Origin: Halorhodospira halophila SL1
Lineage (GTDB): Bacteria; Pseudomonadota; Gammaproteobacteria; Nitrococcales; Halorhodospiraceae
Assembly (NCBI RefSeq): GCF_000015585.1
Contig: NC_008789.1
Coordinates: 1,410,001-1,442,000, forward strand
Direction: 5' to 3'
DNA length: 32,000 bases
Made by a program: the position numbers and the translations under genes. Shown in pieces: positions 15,981 through 24,841 of the stretch (positions are counted from its first letter, which is position 1; each line of letters begins with the position of its first letter). The notes beneath the pieces are model-generated. The model did no database searches. It saw only the letters and a list, made by a program, of their open reading frames with translations, and was not told where the DNA came from.

Positions 15981-16616
15981 ATGGCCAACCACGACACCAC
16001 ACAGAAACACACCGCCAGCGATCTCGCCGACAACGCCCTGCGGGACATCGATAAGGCCCGCAGCGACCGCATGCTCAACGGCCCGATCCACTACCCGATC
16101 CTTTACCGCGGCGGGCTGCTGCTGATCGTCATGGCCGGCGGGCTGCTGGTCGGCGGACAGGTGGAGCGCTTCGAGGAGAGCCTCGAGGCTCTGATCGTCC
16201 TCGCCTTCTTCATCCCCGTCGTCATGGACATGGGCGGCAACATCGGCACGCAGTCGACCACCGCCTTCGCCCGGGGGTTTACCCTCGGCCACGTCTCCAC
16301 CGCCAATCTTTGGCGCATGGTCGGGCGTGAGCTGGTCATCGGCCTGGTCCTCGGCGTGGTCATGGGCATCATCGGCGGCATCGCGGCCTCCCTGTGGCAG
16401 GGGGATCCGAGCGTCGGCCTCGCCGTGGGCGGGGCACTGGCCCTCGGTCTGCCGATCGCCACCACCATCGGATTCCTGATCCCCTACGGCCTGCTGAAGA
16501 TCGGCGTCGACCACGTCCCGGCCAGCGACCCGATCATGACCACGGTCAAGGATTTCACCATGGTCACGATCTACTTCAGCCTCGCCGCGATGCTGATCGG
16601 AATCGACGTCGCCTGA
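15981..16616 (+). CDS. mgtE: MgtE-type Mg2+ channel, membrane domain only (no N-domain or CBS pair)
   Basis: FIPVVMDMGGNIGTQS and PASDPIMTTVKDFT are hallmark MgtE TM-domain motifs. ATG 15981 has GAGGAG 6 nt upstream. At 211 aa it is about half the usual length. Confidence 0.85.
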   Translation: MANHDTTQKHTASDLADNALRDIDKARSDRMLNGPIHYPILYRGGLLLIVMAGGLLVGGQVERFEESLEALIVLAFFIPVVMDMGGNIGTQSTTAFARGFTLGHVSTANLWRMVGRELVIGLVLGVVMGIIGGIAASLWQGDPSVGLAVGGALALGLPIATTIGFLIPYGLLKIGVDHVPASDPIMTTVKDFTMVTIYFSLAAMLIGIDVA

Positions 16617-16710
16617 GCGCTGCCAACGAACCCGGCGAAGACGCCCCGGGCGCGCCGCCACCGACCAGCGCCCGGGGCCTTCAGACCAACCGACGAACCA
16701 AAAGAGCAGG

Positions 16711-17400
16711 ATGATGAACACGACGACCATGCGTACACCGCAGCCCCGCCGCGCCGCGGCTGCGGGGCTGACCCTGAGCGCCGCCGCACTCGCCCTGCCG
16801 ACGGCCAGCGCCGAGGACTGGGCCGAGCGGACCACCTTCGAGTTCGGGGTCTTCAGCGACTACCTCGACACCGGCGAATCGGTGAGCAAGAACAACGCCG
16901 TCGCCCAGGGCGGCATCGAGTACGGCCATCCGGGCGGGCCCTTCCTCGGGACCGCCGTCTCGACACTGGACGGGAATGAGCAGGGGCAAGAGGTGGTGCC
17001 ATACCTGGGCTACGGCTTCACCGCCGGCGAGGTGGACCTGAGCCTCGCCTACGAGTACGCCTACTACCCGGAGCAGGACGACGCCGATGAGGGCGAGGTG
17101 ATCCTCGGCGCCGGCTGGCGCGGCCTGGGGGCGGAACTCGCCTACATGGCCAACGCCGACGACAGTGATGCCGCGGGCAGCATCGTCTACGCCCTGGGCT
17201 ACGGGTTTGACGTGGCCGAGGACATCGCCCTCGATGCCACCATCGGCTACGACGACCCGGACGACGCGAGCGGGGACGCCTTCTGGGAGCTGGGCGTCAG
17301 CCGCGCAGTGGACGTCGGCGAGATCTCGCTGGTCTACGGCTCGCGGGATGAGAGCGGCGCACAGGACGTCTTCGTCGCCGGCTACAGCGTGAGCTTCTAG
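16711..17400 (+). CDS. TorF-family (TIGR02001-like) outer-membrane porin
   Basis: Signal peptide ending PTASA. The mature start FEFGVFSDYLDTGESVSKNNAVAQGGIEYGH, the Tyr/Gly-rich strands and the C-terminal SVSF are typical of this family. Confidence 0.65.
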   Translation: MMNTTTMRTPQPRRAAAAGLTLSAAALALPTASAEDWAERTTFEFGVFSDYLDTGESVSKNNAVAQGGIEYGHPGGPFLGTAVSTLDGNEQGQEVVPYLGYGFTAGEVDLSLAYEYAYYPEQDDADEGEVILGAGWRGLGAELAYMANADDSDAAGSIVYALGYGFDVAEDIALDATIGYDDPDDASGDAFWELGVSRAVDVGEISLVYGSRDESGAQDVFVAGYSVSF

Positions 17401-17410
17401 CCCAGGCGAA

Positions 17411-17449
17411 GGGAAGCCGGCGGAGCCGATGGGGATTCGCCGGCTTCCC
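17411..17449. terminator. Bidirectional intrinsic-terminator-like hairpin (12-bp perfect stem GGGAAGCCGGCG/CGCCGGCTTCCC)
   Basis: It lies 11 nt after the porin stop, between convergent genes. The stem is perfect with a 15-nt loop, and there is no clear U-tract. Confidence 0.55.
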
Positions 17450-17558
17450 TGCAATGCAACCCCGGCGGCTATGGGCTCTGCTCCGGGGCTGTTCGACGGA
17501 GACGGTACACCCCCCCCCCGCTGCCATTCGCGGGTGCGCAGCCGCTCCACCCTCGGCA

Positions 17559-18056
17559 TCATCCCCGACCGCCACGCGGCAGGTAGAGGACGATTTCCAG
17601 GCCGTGCGGATCGCCGTTGCGCGCCTTGATCGCACCACCCAGGGTCTCGACCGCATGGCGCGCGATGGCCAGCCCAATCCCGTGACCACCGCGTCGAGTG
17701 CCGGAAGGCAGACGCCGGAACGGCTCAAAGATCCGCTCGAGTTCATCTTCAGGGACCCCTGCGCCCTCGTCGCAGACCCGGATCTCGGCCCCTTCCCCTG
17801 CCTGCTGCCAGGTTACCGTGACGTTGCTGTTCGCCGGGGTGTGCTGCAAGGCGTTGCGTAGGACGTTCTCAATCACCGCCCGCAGCAAGTACCGGTCCGC
17901 CTGGACGGTGAGTGCGGGCCCCGGAATCACGGTGACCGATCGCCCCTCCCCCTCGGCTTCAACGGAACCGGCACCGAACTCATAGCGCGCATCGTGGGCG
18001 ATCGTCTCGATGAGCGTGGCGAGCTCGATCGGTTCCGGGGAAGATCGCGGTACGGG
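17559..18056 (-). pseudogene. Histidine kinase stump: HATPase_c domain only, no sensor or DHp/H-box
   Basis: IENVLRNALQHT (N-box), VCDEGAGVP (G1), FEPFRR (F-box) and GHGIGLAIA (G2). Homology extends upstream of the GTG at 17930 to an in-frame stop at 18057-18059, immediately after the Na/Pi gene stop. Confidence 0.7.
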
Positions 18057-18062
18057 TCAACT

Positions 18063-19667
18063 CTAATCTCGTTCACTTTGCAGGGCGTCCATGCCCGGCT
18101 CGTCATGGCAGTAGACGTAGACCACGCCGCTGAGCCGCCGGTTGAGCTGCTGAAAACCGTCAAGCACTTCCCAGGCCGGGTAAGGAAGCCCGGGCTGGTG
18201 CCGCTTGGCCTCGATCAGCCAGCGGCTGGTCTCCTGCTTTCGCATCAGGATCTTGCGACCCAGTTCCGGACGCTCGCGCATGAGCATGCGGGCCACGGTA
18301 TTCATCTGCTGGGTGAACCGAGAAGCGGCTTCCAGCAGCAGCGGCCGTGAGGCCTCCACGGACTCCTCATGGTGCTCGAGCAGCCGACGGACCTGATCGT
18401 GCATGTCCGGCCCCAGGGTGCGAACAATCATGGGCAGTTCGCGCATGAAGTCATCCAGGGTGTCCTTCAGCGCCTGGTCCGAGGGGCTGAGGGAGTCGTC
18501 CGGAATGCCATCGAGAAACTCGGTCAGTTCTTCACAGACCCGCTGGATGTCTTGAGTGCGCGCCTCAACCTCCGTGGCGGCATGGGCCGGCAAATGGGAC
18601 TGGCGCAGCCCCTGCACGACGATCTCCCCGGTCAGGTGCAGGGCATCGAACACCCGCAGGGTCTCGCGCATGGCGGCATTGATCGCCAACGTCGGGTTAT
18701 CCAGCAGTAACGGATCAAGGCGGGCGACGGCAGGCCGCTCGGGCGTTTCCGGATCCGGGGTCAGGGCACTGACCCAGCGTTCCAGAGCGGGGGCTACCAG
18801 AACAGCCAGGCACGCGAGCAGGTTGAACAGCGTATGGACCCAGGCAGCCTGCTGCGGCAACCCGCCGACCCAGCCTTCCGGCGGCGGCCCGGGCAGAGCC
18901 AACAACAGGGCTGCGATGGCCGCCGCCAGAGGCAGCTTGACCATAAGCACGGCCAGGCCCAGACGGCGTCCCTGCACATCGCCCCAACCCGCGATGAGCA
19001 CAGTCAGGCAAAGGCCGATGTTCGCGCCCAGGACCCAGAGCAGGAGCATTTCCAGACTAATCTGCCCACCCGCCACCAGAGCCAGGGCCACCGCAATGGA
19101 GGCGGTCGCGCTCTGGACCAGCAGGGTCAGCAGCACGGCCGCGACCATCAGCAGCAGCGGTAACTGGCCCAGAGCCTCGAAGAGCGCCTCGACCGCCGGA
19201 TCCGACCCCATGGCCACGGCCGCCTCGCTCAGCAACCCCATGCCGAGCAGCATAAAGCCGAAGGCCAGCAACGTCTGACCCACACCGCGCGGTCGCGCGG
19301 CCTCCAGGAACAGGAAGAGGAACGCCCCCACCGCCAGGAAGAGCCCCTGGTAGTCCTGCAGATCGAAAGAGACAAGCTGAACCAGCACCGTACTGCCCAG
19401 CTGTGCGCCGAGCAGCACTGCTAGCACGTTGCGCCAGGACACGCGGCCGTGGCGGGTCATCTGTACCGAGAGCATCGCCGTAGCCGTCGACGACGGCATC
19501 AGCGCCCCGCCGGCCACACCACCGACAAGGGCGCGCCCCCGGGTACGGGTAAACCCCTGCAGCCAGTCCAGGAGATCACCGCCCAGGGTCCGCGCAATGC
19601 CCTTGCGCAGGAAACGCAGCCCGAAGAGGATGAGCAGGATGCCGGCCAGTAGATTGATCAGCTCCAT
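18063..19667 (-). CDS. Na/Pi cotransporter family protein with C-terminal PhoU-like domain
   Basis: MELINLLAGILLILFGLRFLRKG..., duplicated Na/Pi-cotransporter repeats, and a helical PhoU-like tail. ATG 19667 is preferred over TTG 19730. Confidence 0.85.
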   Translation of the reverse strand: MELINLLAGILLILFGLRFLRKGIARTLGGDLLDWLQGFTRTRGRALVGGVAGGALMPSSTATAMLSVQMTRHGRVSWRNVLAVLLGAQLGSTVLVQLVSFDLQDYQGLFLAVGAFLFLFLEAARPRGVGQTLLAFGFMLLGMGLLSEAAVAMGSDPAVEALFEALGQLPLLLMVAAVLLTLLVQSATASIAVALALVAGGQISLEMLLLWVLGANIGLCLTVLIAGWGDVQGRRLGLAVLMVKLPLAAAIAALLLALPGPPPEGWVGGLPQQAAWVHTLFNLLACLAVLVAPALERWVSALTPDPETPERPAVARLDPLLLDNPTLAINAAMRETLRVFDALHLTGEIVVQGLRQSHLPAHAATEVEARTQDIQRVCEELTEFLDGIPDDSLSPSDQALKDTLDDFMRELPMIVRTLGPDMHDQVRRLLEHHEESVEASRPLLLEAASRFTQQMNTVARMLMRERPELGRKILMRKQETSRWLIEAKRHQPGLPYPAWEVLDGFQQLNRRLSGVVYVYCHDEPGMDALQSERD

Positions 19668-19750
19668 CGCATCAACGTTCCCAGATCCCGGAGCAAAACT
19701 GAGGGCAACAAGATGGCCCCTGGCCAGCAACGCAGAAGCCTAGGCGCGCA

Positions 19751-20263
19751 TCACGCTCGTTGCTGTTGAGAGCCGCTGATCGACTCCTCGCTGCCGAGCA
19801 GGCCCTCCTCACGCAGGATACGGTAGGTCTCGAACTTCACCTGCACCTCACGCTGACCAACCAGCACCAGCGGTAGGCCGGTGGGCACGGCCAGGGCTAC
19901 AGCGAGCAGGGCCCCCAGCCAGCCAGTGGTCACCGCGCCGAGTGACAGCAGCAGGGCACAGATACCGATGCCCCACCCCCCCAGGAATTCAGCAGGGAAG
20001 CGGTGGACTTCCGTCTCGCCGTCTACGTGGCCGGCAACCAGCCGCCCGCGGCCGCGGCGGTCCCAATGCCGCACGAGCACCACCGAAGCCCCGGTGCTCA
20101 GCCGCTCCCCCAGGCTTCCGAACAGCTCCACGGACTCCAGATTCCGGATCTGACCCTCGGTATCGCGCACCGACACGTTAAAGCGTTCCGTGCCCCGACC
20201 GCTTTTCGCCTCCCGGGCCTTCCCCACTTCGCTGACGTATCCGCGAATGACTTCAAAGCTCAT
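19751..20263 (-). CDS. Hypothetical membrane protein (soluble N-domain plus two TM helices)
   Basis: High third-position GC. Its start overlaps the upstream stop (ATGA at 20260-20263), indicating translational coupling with the wHTH gene. Confidence 0.6.
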   Translation of the reverse strand: MSFEVIRGYVSEVGKAREAKSGRGTERFNVSVRDTEGQIRNLESVELFGSLGERLSTGASVVLVRHWDRRGRGRLVAGHVDGETEVHRFPAEFLGGWGIGICALLLSLGAVTTGWLGALLAVALAVPTGLPLVLVGQREVQVKFETYRILREEGLLGSEESISGSQQQRA

Positions 20264-20742
20264 GCTGCCTCCTTCTCGGCTCGGCTTGAATCCAGGTGGT
20301 ACCCCACACCGCGCACCGTGCGGATCATGCGGTCATATCCGGCCGGACGCAGCGCCTGTCGCAACCGGCGAACATGCGCATCCACCGTTCGCGACTCCAG
20401 ATAGGCACGCGGCCCCCAGACGCCGCGGATGAGTTCATCGCGCGTCACCACGCGATGGCGATGCGCCGCCAGGAAATGCAGCAGACGGAACTGTGTGCGG
20501 CTCAACTCGACGGCGCGACCCTCAACCCGGGCCTCGTGACGGGCCGGGTCAATCACCAGCCCGCGCACGGACAGCGACTCTGCGGGCCCCGAGTGCGCTG
20601 CGCCACCGTCCCCACAGGTTGATACCGGATCCGGCCCGCCCGCCGCGGTTTCGCTCATCAGAGCCCGCAACAGCGCCTGCCGCTGACCCGAGGTCAGGCG
20701 CGGTACAGAGGCGAGCAGCGTCTCGAAGCAGCCGTTGTTCAT
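20260..20742 (-). CDS. OmpR/PhoB-type winged-helix DNA-binding protein lacking a receiver domain
   Basis: The C-terminal 100 aa (LVIDPARHEARVEGRAVELSRTQFRLLHFL...RTVDAHVRRLRQAL...IRTVRGVGY) form a Trans_reg_C domain. The N-terminal ~60 aa are not REC-like. Confidence 0.8.
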   Translation of the reverse strand: MNNGCFETLLASVPRLTSGQRQALLRALMSETAAGGPDPVSTCGDGGAAHSGPAESLSVRGLVIDPARHEARVEGRAVELSRTQFRLLHFLAAHRHRVVTRDELIRGVWGPRAYLESRTVDAHVRRLRQALRPAGYDRMIRTVRGVGYHLDSSRAEKEAA

Positions 20743-21300
20743 AGCTCTCTCTCCCCATCATGGTTCCATCCTCCGGTTGGTCGACGCGCAACAACGCGGG
20801 CCATCTAGGGCCCGACGGATCGCACGTTGGTCCGGAGGCTCGAACGCCCACGGGGAAAAGAGAGCAAGACGCTTGCGATTGAAGCGATTTACTGCAGGAA
20901 AACCATAGGCCATGAACCCCTCCGCACTTGGCCGTTTCTGCCTTCGAAGGGGAGTGTTTTTCGTCTGAGCCCGCCTCTCGGAATCAGACAAAAAACCTCC
21001 CCAATCCACCCGGAAGCGGATTGATAAAAATCGGCAACGCAGGCAATCCGTGACTGCCTGGCATCCGAAGATCTCAGGGCGGAGGGGAAGCTTGCGGTGC
21101 GGAGGGCCGGCCCGTCGAACCCGGCCGCTCCGCAGGTCGCCGCCGGGCGGCGGCTGGCGGGGCGGCTGAGGTTAGATCAGGGCGCGGCGGGCCTCGGCAC
21201 GGCGAGCCTCCCCGCCGGGAGATCGACTTCGACTACTCGGATCGTCCATCTGTGCCTTTGTGGTTACCTCTTATGGCCCACTTGAGACTTGACTTCCCGG

Positions 21301-21329
21301 ATTATAGGGACTTTGTTTTGACGCTGCAA
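21301..21329 (-). promoter_or_regulatory. Sigma70-like promoter TTGCAG-N17-TATAAT reading toward the wHTH/NaPi operon
   Basis: The reverse complement of 21301-21306 is TATAAT and that of 21324-21329 is TTGCAG, with exactly 17-nt spacing. It lies in a locally AT-richer stretch. Confidence 0.45.
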
Positions 21330-21433
21330 CGGCCCGTTCCCGACACGGTCCACTTTCTCCTTTCGCTTACAGGATGAAAGTGGCGAGCAGGATCTCGTTT
21401 TCGCCGGTTAAAACGCGACCTTCTCGCCTTCCC

Positions 21434-22126
21434 TCAAACCGGTGGTTTCTGGGCTCGGCAAGGCCGGAAATAGCGACGCACTCCCGCACCCACAAAGTTC
21501 GAACCACCCCGGACCCCGCTGAACAGCCCGAAGACCCCGGAGCGGTGATGGATACGCACAAAACCGCTCCAGTCCCGCCCCGGGGGCTTGCCTTCGATCT
21601 CGAGTAGCAGGTAATTCAGTAGCTGCGCCGAGTCTTCGTCGTCGTCCTTATCCCCGCGGGGCTCGATGCGTGGCTCCTGCGTCGCCCAGGACAAACCCTC
21701 ACCGAAGGCGGCCCGGGTGTCCAGCCAGCGATCCCAGGGGAACCGCGTCCAGCGTGCCACCAGTACGCCATTGACCTCCCCGTGGCGCTGCATGCCGGTA
21801 TGGCGCGCCAGCTGCCCCTCGACCTCCCAGTCCAGCGCCCCCCAGCGGGCGACCCGGGTGCCGTAGACGAGGCCGACCAGATAACTCTCCTGCCGACTGG
21901 CCGACCATCGACTGACGATGTGGACCAGGCGGTTTTGCGCGCTCTGCCCCACGTAGAACCCGACATAGGATGGGCGGTCGGCAGACCCCGGCGAAGGGGC
22001 CACGTCCTGCCCCGCCCCCACCGCAACCGATCCTGCGGCCAGGGCCAGCACCACGGCATACCCGCCGAGCCTGACTCCTTGCATAGCCACCGCCGCCCTC
22101 TGCAGCACTGCCCCCTGGCCCGTCAA
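21434..22126 (-). CDS. PagL-like acyloxyacyl hydrolase / lipid A deacylase family outer-membrane protein
   Basis: Signal peptide from the internal Met (22084). The C-terminal block VRIHHRSGVFG...GGSNFVGAGVRRYF resembles the PagL His/Ser region and terminal aromatic residue. Confidence 0.55.
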   Translation of the reverse strand: MTGQGAVLQRAAVAMQGVRLGGYAVVLALAAGSVAVGAGQDVAPSPGSADRPSYVGFYVGQSAQNRLVHIVSRWSASRQESYLVGLVYGTRVARWGALDWEVEGQLARHTGMQRHGEVNGVLVARWTRFPWDRWLDTRAAFGEGLSWATQEPRIEPRGDKDDDEDSAQLLNYLLLEIEGKPPGRDWSGFVRIHHRSGVFGLFSGVRGGSNFVGAGVRRYFRPCRAQKPPV

Positions 22127-22217
22127 TGTAGCGAACCGAACCCGGATACTCGCCCTGCCCAGGAGGGAGCCGTTACCATCGCCAGACCATAAGGGCGAAA
22201 AAGCCGTAGAGAGAACC

Positions 22218-23042
22218 GTGCGCTTGTTGCTGAGCCTTGCCCTGGCCGCGGGGCTCGTCTACGTGGGGTTCGGTGCGCTGCTCTTCCTGGCGCAGGAGCG
22301 CCTGGTCCACCTCCCGCAGGTGCCGACCCGGGAGCTGCAGGCCTCACCCGCCGACCGCGGCTGGGATTACCAGGACCTTGCCATACCCAGTGCCGGGGGG
22401 ATCACCCTCCACGGCTGGCACGTCGCCGCCGATCGTCCCCGTGGGGTTGTGGTCTTCTTCCACGGCAACGCCGGCAACATCTCCCACCGCCTCGACACCA
22501 TCGCCATCCTCCGCGATCTCGGCCTGGATGTGGTCATCTTCGACTACCGGGGTTATGGGCGCAGTGAGGGTTCCGCCCATGAGCGGGGGCTACATGAGGA
22601 CGCTCGGGCCGTGGCCCGCTGGGTCCGCGACGAGTTGAACGTGCCCCGCGAGCTCACGATCTTCCACGGCCGATCCCTGGGTGGTGCCCTCGCAGCCAGC
22701 GCGGCGCGGCAGATCCCCCCAGGCGCGCTGATCCTGGAGTCGACCTTCTCCTCCGCTGAAGCGGTGGCTCGCGACCTCTACCCGTTCTACCCGACCCGCT
22801 GGCTGACCCGTCTGGAGTACGCAACCGCGGACTACCTGGCGGAGGTGGACGCCCCCACGCTGATCATCCACAGCCGCAACGACGAGATCATCCCCTATCA
22901 CCACGCCGAGGATCTGCGTGCGGCCGCATCGGCCAGTGCCGAACGACTCACCATCCGGGGAGATCACAACACTGGGTTCCTCACCAGCGGCGACCGGTAC
23001 CGGGCGGGACTGCAGCATTTCCTGGAGCAGCACCTGCTGTAA
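22218..23042 (+). CDS. Alpha/beta hydrolase (BEM46-like, N-terminal membrane anchor)
   Basis: VVFFHGNAGN, DYRGYGRSEG, and the nucleophile elbow HGRSLGG. Confidence 0.85.
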   Translation: MRLLLSLALAAGLVYVGFGALLFLAQERLVHLPQVPTRELQASPADRGWDYQDLAIPSAGGITLHGWHVAADRPRGVVVFFHGNAGNISHRLDTIAILRDLGLDVVIFDYRGYGRSEGSAHERGLHEDARAVARWVRDELNVPRELTIFHGRSLGGALAASAARQIPPGALILESTFSSAEAVARDLYPFYPTRWLTRLEYATADYLAEVDAPTLIIHSRNDEIIPYHHAEDLRAAASASAERLTIRGDHNTGFLTSGDRYRAGLQHFLEQHLL

Positions 23043-23163
23043 CACTGCGTCGGTGGAAGACCGCCTACACTCATGGTTCACTCGGGAGAGGGGCAGCGTC
23101 TGCGGTCTAACCGACCCGTGTTCGTACCACCAAGCTCACCGGCTCAGAGAAGGGGAATCCACC

Positions 23164-23928
23164 ATGAACCGAGCACAAGGCAGGGTCATCGTCATCACCG
23201 GCGCGGCCGGGGGCATTGGCGAGGCGACGGCACGGCATCTCCACGCGCAGGGGGCACGCCTGCTGCTGACCGACCGCGAGCCCGAAGGCGTTCAACGGCT
23301 TGCAGAGGAGCTGGGCGACGGCGCGGCCGCGATGGCCGTCGATGTCTCCAGCCAGGCCGATAACGAAGCCATGATCCAGGAAGCCGAGGCGCGTTTCGGC
23401 GCCGTGCACGGACTGTTTCTAAACGCCGGCATCGAGGGCCAAGCCGGTCCGCTGGAGGATGCAGATGACAGCGTCTGGAACCAAGTCTTCGCCGTGAACG
23501 TGCATGGCGTGCGCTACGGGATCCAGGCCGCCCTGCCCGCTCTGCGGCGCGCCCAGGGCGGTAGCATCCTGATCACCGCCAGCGTTGCCGGTGTCCGGGG
23601 GGCGGCGGGACTGAGCCCCTACGTCAGCAGCAAACACGCCGTCATGGGGCTGATGCGGACCGCCGCCGCAGAGCTCGGGCCCGAGGGGATTCGCGTCAAC
23701 ACTGTCAATCCGGGCCCGGTGGACAACCGGATGATGCGCTCCATCGAGGATCAGGTGAGCCCCGGCCATGGCGACGAGGTCAAACGCGGGTTTACGGCCC
23801 GCATCCCGTTGGGGCGCTACGTCAACAACGATGAAGTGGCTGCGGTGGCGGCCTTCCTGCTCTCCGAGGCCGCCTCCGGGATTACCGGGTCCAACTACAT
23901 GGTCGATGGCGGGATGACGGCACACTAA
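23164..23928 (+). CDS. SDR family oxidoreductase (classical)
   Basis: ITGAAGGIG, NAG, and S...YVSSKHA (YxxxK). ATG 23164 is used; the upstream extension to 22918 in the ORF track overlaps the hydrolase gene. Confidence 0.9.
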   Translation: MNRAQGRVIVITGAAGGIGEATARHLHAQGARLLLTDREPEGVQRLAEELGDGAAAMAVDVSSQADNEAMIQEAEARFGAVHGLFLNAGIEGQAGPLEDADDSVWNQVFAVNVHGVRYGIQAALPALRRAQGGSILITASVAGVRGAAGLSPYVSSKHAVMGLMRTAAAELGPEGIRVNTVNPGPVDNRMMRSIEDQVSPGHGDEVKRGFTARIPLGRYVNNDEVAAVAAFLLSEAASGITGSNYMVDGGMTAH

Positions 23929-23938
23929 GCTACCGCGC

Positions 23939-23962
23939 GCGGGCCGCTGCACGGTGGCCCGC
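23939..23962. terminator. Hairpin between convergent genes (GCGGGCC n10 GGCCCGC)
   Basis: 7-bp GC stem located 11 nt after the SDR stop and 6 nt before the cytochrome b561 stop. Confidence 0.35.
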
Positions 23963-23967
23963 TGCCG

Positions 23968-24627
23968 TCACGGCGCCGTCACCAGGAGCAGCCACACCAC
24001 CCCCGCGGCGACTGTCCCGGCGACCACCGCACGGTACAGGGGGGCGATCCATGGCGGGGCGAAGCCATTGCGCTTGTAACCGCTGATCATCGCCACCAGC
24101 AAGCGCTCGCCCCGTACCCAGCGATACACCGCGATGGCCGCCACATGGAAGGTCACCAGGATCAGGAGTACATCGAAGATCTGCGTATGCAGCCGGGTCA
24201 TGGTCCGCTCCAGGTCGGAGCCGACCCAACCGGTCAGCGGGCCACTGCGGAGGATATCGTCGGTGGCGAACAGCCCCGTCACCGCCTGCGCCAGCACCAG
24301 GGCCAGCAGAACGATCACCGCCCAGCCCCCTAGGGGATTGTGGCCGCGGCTGGGGGTGCGATCGCGCCACCACCCCACCAAATACCTCCCGACCGTTCGC
24401 GGCCCGGCCAGGAAATCACGGAAACGCGCTGTCTCGCTCCCCACGAACCCCCACAGGATCCGGAACAGGACCAGAGTCAAGACCGCGTAGCCGCTCCACT
24501 TGTGCAGGTCCCATCCGGACAGGCCTTGCTCCGCGCTATACCAGGACAGGCCCAGCGCCAAGACCAGCCCCCAGTGAAACAGCCGCGTGGGCAGATCCCA
24601 GATGAAGACCCGCTGCCGTTCGCTCAT
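23968..24627 (-). CDS. Cytochrome b561 family protein (CybB-like, PF01292-type)
   Basis: The start IWDLPTRLFHWGLVL..., four TM helices and conserved His positions. It is divergently paired with cytochrome c', a common pairing. Confidence 0.85.
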   Translation of the reverse strand: MSERQRVFIWDLPTRLFHWGLVLALGLSWYSAEQGLSGWDLHKWSGYAVLTLVLFRILWGFVGSETARFRDFLAGPRTVGRYLVGWWRDRTPSRGHNPLGGWAVIVLLALVLAQAVTGLFATDDILRSGPLTGWVGSDLERTMTRLHTQIFDVLLILVTFHVAAIAVYRWVRGERLLVAMISGYKRNGFAPPWIAPLYRAVVAGTVAAGVVWLLLVTAP

Positions 24628-24841
24628 CGTCCTCCCGCTATGTCTCCGGGCGACCGTATCCGACCGACTGTCTGCACCCTACGCCTCACCAGGCTAGCGT
24701 CTCCGCTTGTCTGCTGTCATGCGCCCAGCGTCGCAGCGGCATTTGATCCGAATCACGCTGCCAACTACGCTGGTTCGGGTGCCGAGAATGGACTGGCCAC
24801 GCGGGGCTTCACGCCCACGCAACCGCGAAGGAGGAAGCACC

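Noticed and set aside
15375-16835. 486-aa ORF on the minus strand, the longest unexplained ORF in the track
   Set aside because: It runs antisense to the M-box, the MgtE gene and the porin start. Its translation is Arg/Gly/Ala/Asp-rich low complexity with no motifs. This is a typical shadow ORF of GC-rich DNA.
20758-21009. 83-aa ORF just upstream of the wHTH gene
   Set aside because: Its third-position GC is far below that of confirmed genes here, it shows no motif, and the start is ambiguous. It is treated as part of the leader, although a small protein cannot be excluded.
22918-23163. Upstream extension of the SDR ORF
   Set aside because: It overlaps the 3' end of the hydrolase gene. The Rossmann motif begins right after the ATG at 23164 (MNRAQGRVIVITGAAGGIG).
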